DNA of 43,785 nt, taken from positions 103,542,729-103,586,513 of the forward strand of contig NC_068982.1 in the NCBI RefSeq assembly GCF_001194135.2, given 5' to 3'. The stretch is from Octopus bimaculoides (taxonomy: Eukaryota). Positions within the stretch are counted from its first letter, which is position 1; every line of letters starts with the position of its first letter. The notes beneath the pieces are model-generated. The model did not search any database, had not been told where the DNA came from, and saw only the letters and a program-made list of their open reading frames with translations. Both the position numbers and the translations under genes were made by a program. Of the stretch, positions 34,981 through 43,785 are shown piece after piece.

Positions 34981-35981
34981 ATAATGAGAGGGCAGCCAAA
35001 GGAAGTCAAGAATAGCGTTTTATATTTTGTATTCCGATATTTAAGATTTAAATATTTCTTTATAAAGAAAATGGGGGATGATCTTGCCTCATTTGCAAAG
35101 ATCAGTATCACTAATAAGTTATTTTGAAAACGCTAACGTTGGGAGGGAGGGAGGGATTGTGGCATGCACGAGTCGGTAGTGAAAAATCAACCAATCAAAG
35201 TAGCTAAAGTCATATCTATTGCTAACAGCTGACATAATTTGGGCTACACCGTATACATAGCAAAAATAACTTACATACGAAGTGAGAGGGGGTAGGAATA
35301 ATGCTCCTCATCTAGTATGTTCGCTAAGTTATTCCAGACTGGAAAATAACATTTTTCTTGAATGTCCAATCAAAGCCCCGAATCGAATCCAAAACTTCTC
35401 TCTGAACATTCTTCCATAAATTTTCTCTCGTGCTTTTTTTTTTAGGTTTTCCATTTCTATTTTTGCTTTTTATGCGTAATTTACACGTGAGGGATATTCA
35501 TGTGTTTCATTTTAAAATTTAAAACTAATATTAACTGATTGTTCTTGGTTCACAACAGCCCGAAGATAGAAATCGTGAAGGTTGAATTCACTGTTTGTGA
35601 CGTTTTCAACTTTTGACGAAAACATTACATTTAACTTTCTTTTCTCTTCCTACTTCGCAAAGTTCTTTGTGCCATAGTATAGGACGTATACATAAAATAA
35701 ACATAGTATAATAAAATGATATAATATAATATATATAAAATAATTGTATTATAACACGCACACACACACACACACACTCACACAATGCATTCTAAGGCAG
35801 AAATCTACGAAAACTAATGTGGCCAAACTGAATAAAACACAGCTTAAGACATATATTAAATATATTATTCTGCTGGAGCACATAATGTTTCTACAAACTG
35901 GCCAACTTAATAAAAAGTATAAGATACTGTTGAACTGTCGTCTCACTCTGTCCCATCAATCGATTTTGCAATAAACCTTAA

Positions 35982-36193
35982 GGGCGGTCAGCTGGCAGAC
36001 TCGTTAAGAAGCCGGGCAAAATGCTTTGCTGCATTTCGTCTGTCATTACGTTCTGAGTTCAAATACAACCGAGGTCGACTTTGTCTTTCATCCTTTCGGA
36101 GTTGATAAAATAAGTACCAGCTGAACACTGGGGTTGATGTAATCGACTTACTCCCGTCCCTGAAATTGCTGACCATGTGCCAAAATTTGAAAC
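35982..36193 (+). mobile_element. SINE family B
   Basis: ggcggtcagctggcagactcgttaa...ccgaggtcgactttgtctttcatcctttcgg...ccaaaatttgaaac. Confidence 0.92.
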
Positions 36194-36284
36194 AGATACA
36201 ACAATCTTGTTTCTCTGAACTGTGTCTTCTGTAGTAACTTCTTATCTACCAACTCTCTGTGTCGGTTATCTTTATTTAACTTTC

Positions 36285-36400
36285 TACTTCTAGACCAGGA
36301 GAGAACCTCCTCACGGTCATTTGACCAACTAACAATAACAATCAAATTCCCTCAAATCACACCCTCTCATCTAAAAACAGGAAGGACGCACTAGACAATA
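36285..36400 (+). mobile_element. Family E repeat fragment
   Basis: ccctcaaatcacaccctctcatctaaaaacaggaaggacgcactagacaat, similar to 9660-9740. Confidence 0.55.
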
Positions 36401-37065
36401 TTCATATAAATATAGAAAAGTGGTTGGAGGGTCAAGGCCGGAATATATTTGAATATATTGAATATATTTGTGTACTTGGTCAGGGTAGTCTTGTCGTTAA
36501 ATATGAACGATAAGAACAGCAACAATTACAACATCCTTATCAAAGTAATTACAATGCTTAGAGAGAAAAAGTGCTGCCAGAAATGTTAGGTTCCTCAACT
36601 TCCTCGCGACAAACCAAATCAGCAAACTCATAACCAATGAAATATTTAGGTTACCCCTAAGCATTTCATTTGTTATACGTCTGTTAAACATACCTTTTAA
36701 TGGTTTTAGTCAAAAGGAAAGGGCAGTGCCTTTGATTTTGACCGACCTTTTTCGAGAATGGTCCGGTCGATGCGGCTCATGTCCAGTTTAAAGACCTATC
36801 AGTCAGCGACTGTAGGGATAACGTCGGCAAGGAACAAAAAGAGCAGAAGGTTGACTTCTGGAAGGGAAGAATTAGGTAGAAGGGATAGCGCGTGATCTTG
36901 ATGGGGATGGGTGGCTGGAGAAGCTGATGTGTCAATTAGGATTAGGAAGATGTAGAAACTGAGTTCATAGGGCTTCAAAATAATAAGTTTATCTAAGGTT
37001 TTGTACTTTCCATTAGGCATCGTTATTTAAGTAATTAAAGAAAAATAATTGTTTCTAATTTAAAG

Positions 37066-37226
37066 GAGAGGGCATTATGCAAAATCGATTCCAGTACTTT
37101 ATTAACATTTTACTTTATCGACATCAGAGGGATGAAAGGCAAGATCGAGCTTCGTAGAATTCGAACTCACAACGAAAGAAATATCGCAAGGGAGTTTTCG
37201 GACGTTCTAACGATTCTGCCAGCTTA
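37066..37226 (-). mobile_element. SINE family B, decayed
   Basis: ggatgaaaggcaagatcgagc...gaattcgaactc...ctaacgattctgccagc. Confidence 0.75.
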
Positions 37227-38089
37227 CAAGCTATAAAGAAGTAGCAAGTGAAATAAGTAGAATCGACTATTACTTTCTCCTAGTTAATCGAAATGTGTAG
37301 CACACATCGATAGTTTGTTAATCCTATTGAATTCAGAAACTTAGAAAGTCGGTGTGCTTTTTCCTGGCAGTATTAGAATCGGAAATCAGAAAGAGTAAAC
37401 TCAGCTGTAATTTGAAACTACATCCACATGCTTACAATTACTCTATGGTGAACCAAGAACTTATCTATTTTGTTATTCAATAGACACATTTAGCATTAGT
37501 TGATAAAACTTGAGGAAAATGTAACGGACCATCCTGTTAATTCAACTAAACAAATGCTGAACTGTTTTCGTGTTTTTATAAATGTTTCTAATATGATGGT
37601 CACCTTCCTTTCAATTTCCATCTTGAGATGTTTTACGAGACTATTTTGTTTTATTCGTCATGATATATAGTGACATTCTGTTACGACCTAGACATAACAT
37701 CTTAATGTTTCACTAAGCGTATTACACGTTCATCTTGCAGAAATTAACATATGGTATAAAAACAAAATAAGAAATACAAAATAAATAACATAAGCGGTAG
37801 ATAAATAGTCAACAGATGTTTATCTACAAATGCTGGTAACCTCTGTTACATGACTATTGTTTTTGAATAACGATTCCATGAAATTCTATACTAAAAAGTG
37901 CTGATAAAATAATAAATAAAAGGAAAAAAATTCTTAGTCATCGTTTAAACTTCTGTTAACGTAATTTAATTAAAACTAAATCTATTCGTAAGGAGGCAAG
38001 ATGGCTGTGTGCTTAAGTATTTATACATACAAGTTGCATCCTGGATTAAAACTTCAATTGAATGCTGATTATTGTAATTTTGGACAAAT

Positions 38090-38502
38090 ACTCTTTTACT
38101 CTTTTACTCTTTTACTTGTTTCAGTCATTTGACTGCGGCCATGCTGGAGCACCGCCTTTAGTCGAGCAAATCGACCCCGGGACTTATTCTTTGTAAGCCT
38201 GGTACTTATTCTATCGGTCTCTTTTGCCGAACCGCTAAGTGACGGGGACATAAACACACCAGCATCGTTTGTCAAGCAATGCTAGAGGGACAAACACAGA
38301 CACACAAACACACACACACACATATATATATATATACACACATATATACGACGGGCTTCTTTCAGTTTCCGTCTACCAAATCCACTCACAAGGCTTTTGT
38401 CGGCCCGAGGCTATAGTAGAAGACATTTGCCCAAGATGCCACGCAGTGGGACTGAACCCGGAACCATGTGGTTGGTAAGCAAGCTACTTACCACACAGCC
38501 AC
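38090..38502 (-). mobile_element. Full-length SINE family C with CORE-like block, internal (CA/TA)n and (TAAAAGAG)n tail
   Basis: Head gtggctgtgtggtaagtagcttgc...ggttccgggttcagtccc, CORE-like catcttgggcaaatgtcttc, tail actctttt x3 on the plus strand. Confidence 0.92.
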
Positions 38503-40047
38503 TTTTTTTTTACTTGTCTGTCTACAGTGTTGAAGTCAGAAGTAGTTACTAAAGTATCAGAATGTCACGAAAACTGTTTGATTGATGACATATCACTTTC
38601 AAGAAGAGCGCTCACATATGTTTACCGAAGAGCTGTTGTAGCTGTGTAGACGTTTTTCTTTTTGAAAATGTTAACATTAAAACAGAACGGGAAATATTGA
38701 TGTAAAAAATTCACTGAGATAAGTTGCATTGAGAAAGGTATGAACATCACGTAGTCACATTCTCTTACCACTATAAATCTCAGAGCCAACAAAATCCACC
38801 CTGATATCGACCTGCTTGAATTCACAACCAGATCTTCTCCAGATCACGTTCCATATTTTTACAAAGGAAATGCACTCATAAAGACTGGATGATCAAAACT
38901 GGAATATATTTTGATAAGTTTGCTTGATTAGGGCTGAACTGAAGCTAACAACAATAACTGTAAACTTAAAACTCTGTATTTATATATATTTGTGTATGTT
39001 TATGAGTGACTGTAAATCTTAATTGATTGAAATTGTAATTAATCGTAACAGTGGTAAAAGCAGAAATAGTAGCTGGAGATACATCAATAGTATAGACGCA
39101 ACGGCAGCAGTTGGACGGGAAATTCTCATGCAGCAATGGTACGAATAGACGAGAATAGTTGCAATATTAATTCTTCTCGGTGTAAAATAGGTGCCATGAA
39201 GTGGTGCTGTGAACAGTTGAAACATTCTGGAAAAGTATTTGCAATAACAATAACAATTAAATATTCAAAGGGTTTTCAAATTCCACCATATCCTATATAA
39301 TACACACTCACGCATGCATGTGCGGCTGTTTCTTGTTTCTCTTTCCATGAAGTCAGATACATATCTGTCTTGAAGTTCATCTCTGAACACCAACATTAGT
39401 TTGTGTAATGTATTATCTTGTAATTAGCATACTCATTCCAGGTGTGAATATAGATTACTATAACATTGTAATGGAGTAAAAACGAGGATACGCTATTCTG
39501 ATTCCTTGTTACCTTCTCCAAGAAAGTATGACGCCTCAAATTTAAAGAAAAGGAAGAACCGCAAAGTGTGACACAAGGGCCCAAACTTAAGTATATGAAT
39601 GACATTAACGAATATCGCTGGCTGTGAAACTGTAAAAGAATCTAGGATACTAATAGTTCCTCCATTGTTTATTAAACTATTGTGTTACGCTGGGGCGATT
39701 ATCTACAAGGTAGAAGTTTAAACATCGTGCATAAATACTATATACGTATGGTGGAAACTAAATGTAAACATCAGTGCTTCAGTCATGGAGTTTACTATTT
39801 CCTCCAAAAGAATAGAAAAAGAAAGTTAGAAAATATCTAGTTATCAACAAATTGCTGTATTTGTCAAGTAGACCATTGAGCGATGCAAAACATGCCAAAA
39901 TGATACAAAAGATTGCAGGTTATGCCTCGTCGAAAAAAATGCTCCGACTTCATAAACTTAAAATTTGCAAAGTATCTAAATATCAGAATAGAAATCTTTA
40001 GCAAATGTTGCTACATTAATAAATACTAACATACGTCACATTATATT

Positions 40048-40262
40048 AGTTTAAAATTTTGGCAAAAGGCCAGCAAATTTGGGAGAGGGAGTAAGTCAAT
40101 TTCATCAACCTGAGTGCTCAACTGATAGTTATTTCATCGATCCCGAAAGGGAGAAAGATAAAGTCGACCTCAGTGGAATTTGAACTCAGAACGTAAAGAC
40201 GGACGAAATGTCGCTAAGCATTTTCATCCAGCGTGCTAACGGTTCTGCCAGTTCGCTGCCTT
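40048..40262 (-). mobile_element. SINE family B
   Basis: aaagtcgacctcagtggaatttgaactcagaacgtaaagacggacgaaatg...gctaacggttctgccagttcgctgcc. Confidence 0.9.
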
Positions 40263-40526
40263 AAATACACTACAATATTACTAGGTGATCGAAGAGATTA
40301 GTATTTAAGTATTTAACTCTGTTTCTGTTTGCCTAATCTGCAACAGTGTTTCAGACAAAACGCCCTTGTCTAGCATCACTGGGCACCATCTTCAAGGGTT
40401 TAACCCACCTTGTCACCCCCACCATATTGGTTTTATTGAATTATATTTGTCGAACCACTAACTTAAGGGACTTAGTGGTACTAACATTAATTACAATCGT
40501 TAATTACATCAACACAGGTACGGGTA

Positions 40527-40795
40527 AAGATCGCTTCGGTCATGAATGACCACGGGACTGCAGCTAGAAAGTTCCCCTTCGAGGCACAAGTTCGGGAAAG
40601 GTTGCTTGTGGAAGACCAGCAGTCACCCATGCATACCAGCCTCCCTTCTACACGCCACCGATGTTATCCAAGGGAAAAGCAAGGGCGTGAAATGAAGTGC
40701 CTTGCTCAAGAACAAAATACACAGTCCGGTCCAAGAATCGAACTCACTACCTCATGATTGTGAGCCCGACGCTCTAACCACCGAGCCATGCGCCT
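40527..40795 (-). mobile_element. tRNA-derived SINE with CORE/V-like block and a distinct tail
   Basis: Reverse complement head aggcgcatggctcggtggttagagcgtcgggctcacaatcatgaggtagtgagttcgattc, then ttcttgagcaaggcacttcatttcacg; direct repeat tacgggta at 40519-40526 and 40795-40802. Confidence 0.88.
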
Positions 40796-41304
40796 ACGGG
40801 TACGAACATTGACATACATACATGCATGCATACATACATATATACATGGATGTATACATACACACACACATGTATATATATGTGTGTGTGTGTGTGAGTG
40901 TCCCTGTCTGTATCAGTGTTAACGTATATGTTCCTATTTAGAAGTTGGACTCTTAGGATTCTATAAAATAAGCACCAAATGTTAAACAAGCATATGTACT
41001 GGGCTAGACGTGCTCCACGCTAAACCCTTTTGTTGGTGGTTCTCAAGTTCGGCCGCTGACTAACTACCGAAAACAGTGAAAAAAGTAAAAGAATGAAAGA
41101 ATACCCCCCCCCACACACACACACAAATGAATACACAAACACACACACAGCACACACACAAGTATATCTACTGTTGCCTTTTGGACAGTTTCCATCAACA
41201 AAATTCCACACATATGATATCGGTCACCTGATGCTATACAAGACACTTACCTTACACACACACGCGTGCGCGCGCGCCTACATACTCTACAAGTGAACAC
41301 AATA

Positions 41305-41430
41305 TCTAGGACAATAGAAATCTGCAAGACTTTAAAATTCAAAGGATAATGAACAAAACAAGACACTTTCCTTCACGAACGTGCTACCAGGCAGGTGTCC
41401 AGTCAAAATTAATTCTAAATTTAAAACAGT
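41305..41430 (+). mobile_element. Short 3' end of an RLE-type LINE
   Basis: RTIEICKTLKFKG* plus a UTR similar to 21090-21160. Confidence 0.55.
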
Positions 41431-42479
41431 AAAAATAAAATACATACATACAAACATGCATCAAGCACGCTCACACATGCACACATGCACACGCACGCAC
41501 ACACATATACATACACATATACATACGTGTACACATACACATATACACACACGCACAGACACATACATATGCTGTGTGTTTCTGAGGAGAAAGCACACCG
41601 GACAGTTATGGGACGTTCGTAATGTTACGTAAAATATACTGGATGTGCTTTTGAAACAATTGTATCACTCGACGACCTTTTCCATCCTTTTCATTTACAG
41701 ATTTGATTATCGCAAGATAAGCAATGTTTGTTGCTTTTGAAATGAAGTTGTATAGCATCTGTCATCTTATCGGAATTTTCTGTCTGATCTCGATATGGGA
41801 CGAACTGTATTTGATGTATTGATTAATGAATTTTATTGATCAATTATCGAGTCATCTATGTTTTCTATATAAGCTGTGTTTATGCTAGAGACTAACAAAC
41901 TGCATTTTACCACAATCACTCGACTCATCTATACATTTGTACATACTTACAAACACATTATATATATATATATGTGTGTGTGTATGTATATGCACACACG
42001 TACACACACTCACACAAATGGAGTGACAGATAAAAAAAAAATGAGTACCTAATAAAAGGAAATGCTGTTTATTTGGAACAAGAATTAATATACATCTGTG
42101 TGGTATACATAAATATAAACAGTACGGATATGAAGTTGGGTTAGAGCGTTCATCCACACACACACACACACAATATCATATGAACACAAACACGTACAAA
42201 CACCCACCCATCCACCTACATCCGCACAAGCACACGAACACCCATCCGCACACGCACACATGCACACACAAATAGGCGCTCACGCACACGGAACAAAACG
42301 CGCAAAAACATGAAAATTTCAATTAACTGCATTACTCATTACAATTCTCTTTCATTTATTTCGCATTAAATAAAAAAGAAACACAGTTATACATACATTA
42401 TATATTCATTATTCTTGATATGAACTATCATATAAAAAGGATGACATCGTTTTATGAATAGATGAAAGTGTGTGCGTTT

Positions 42480-43300
42480 CTCATTTTACCTAACACCCTC
42501 ATTCATTGTACGTGAATGTGTACATATATACTTCTATGTCTTTCTGTCTGTTGGTCTGTCTGTCGATCAATTTAGCTATCTATGTGTATATATATGTGTC
42601 TGTGTATGCACACACACGCATATACACCCATGGACAAGTGCACATTCTAAACTCTGAATTATACGCATAATATTATATATCGTGCACGCGTGTGTGAACA
42701 GATATGCATATGTACATACGCGTGTGTGTGTTTGTGTGTGTGTGTGTGTGTGTACATATATATATGTATATATATATTATATACATATGTGTACGTATGT
42801 ATGAATATATACACATACAGGCATACATACATACAAATATACATACATACATACATACATACAAACATACATACATACATACATATATACATACATACAT
42901 AGTATATACGTTACAGTTTTACAGCTTGAATATTGCGTGCTGTTGTGAAAATTGAATATGTATGTATGTATGTATGTGTGCATGTGCGTTCGTGCGCGTC
43001 TCTCTTTCTTTCTGTCTGTCTATCAATTTAGCTATCTGTATATAGCGTGTCTGAGGCAGTAACAACTTTCATTCATTAACTGTAAGTTTTAATATGTACT
43101 TCTGTGTGTATATACTATATGCACACATACATACGCATATATATGTGTGTGTGTGTGTGTGTCTTTGTGTGTGTGTGTGTACAGACATATATACTTATAC
43201 ATACATGAATACAAGTTTTAATAATGTCTATATACTTAAATACATGCTTGTATGTGTGTCTGTGTGTGTGTGTGCGCGCGTTTGTATTTGTGTACTGTTT
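42480..43300. repeat. Compound TG/TA/TACA microsatellite field with a degenerate internal duplication
   Basis: tctgtctgtc(g/t)atcaatttagctatct occurs near 42556 and near 43011. Confidence 0.85.
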
Positions 43301-43649
43301 GATACATCACTTTGAAAATAAAATGAAAAATTAAGAATAAAAGAATAAATGAGATGAGTAAAAGAGAAGGAAAACATGAAAATGTAAGGAAAATCAAAGA
43401 AAAAATCTCTTTCGATCTAGTCATAGATCTCATTTCCATCCACATTTACACACACATATGCGCTCATAGACAGATAGCCCACCCCTATACTAAAGTAAAA
43501 AAAAAGACTATATAAAAGGTCACATGTATATATAGCATTTTTTTCAACAGCCTCATTCTAAGTGTAAGATAATTATATGACTAGTAATTTAATATATTGA
43601 GAAGCATGTATATATATGAAGCTAGGTATGTAGGAATTTTAACTCTCCC

Positions 43650-43785
43650 TAATATATATATATATATATACACACATAAATATTTATATATATATATATA
43701 TATTTATATATGTATATATACATAAATATTTATATATGTATATATACATATATATATATATTTATATATGTATATATACATAAAT
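43650..43785. repeat. (TA)n-based repeat with recurring cataaatattt unit
   Basis: Direct reading. Confidence 0.9.

Noticed and set aside
36720-36900. Moderately GC-rich patch with an imperfect hairpin and a 45-codon open frame
   Set aside because: No recognisable family, splice sites or second copy.
42472-43315. Many 60-95 aa ORFs (MYVC/HTYI/CVCV repeats), also at 66-365 and 1469-1919
   Set aside because: Translations of microsatellites.

Overview
AT-rich, repeat-saturated eukaryotic DNA with six assembly gaps (N runs at 316-325, 1579-1607, 2638-3564, 16228-16819, 27618-27627, 28255-29082). The repeat repertoire looks like an octopus/coleoid cephalopod genome, but that is inferred from recalled repeat families and not verified. 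No intact protein-coding gene, rRNA, true tRNA or CRISPR array is supported; the window reads as intronic or intergenic. It contains about 25 tRNA-derived SINE copies from several modular families. It also holds decayed fragments of mariner, Helitron, CR1-, RTE-, RLE(R4/Dong)-type and Penelope-like elements, a CCHC gag-like element nested in a SINE, a foldback MITE with an inverted telomere-like core, and many micro/minisatellites. The best candidate for a new system is at 18086-18634: a head-to-head pair of a tRNA-headed SINE, each arm carrying an identical minimal type I hammerhead ribozyme of the Penelope-associated kind, with the whole structure bounded by a 9-bp direct repeat. A Penelope-like ORF remnant also lies in the window (33727-34308). 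Most coordinates for decayed elements are approximate, and protein assignments rest on motifs read by eye, not on database searches.
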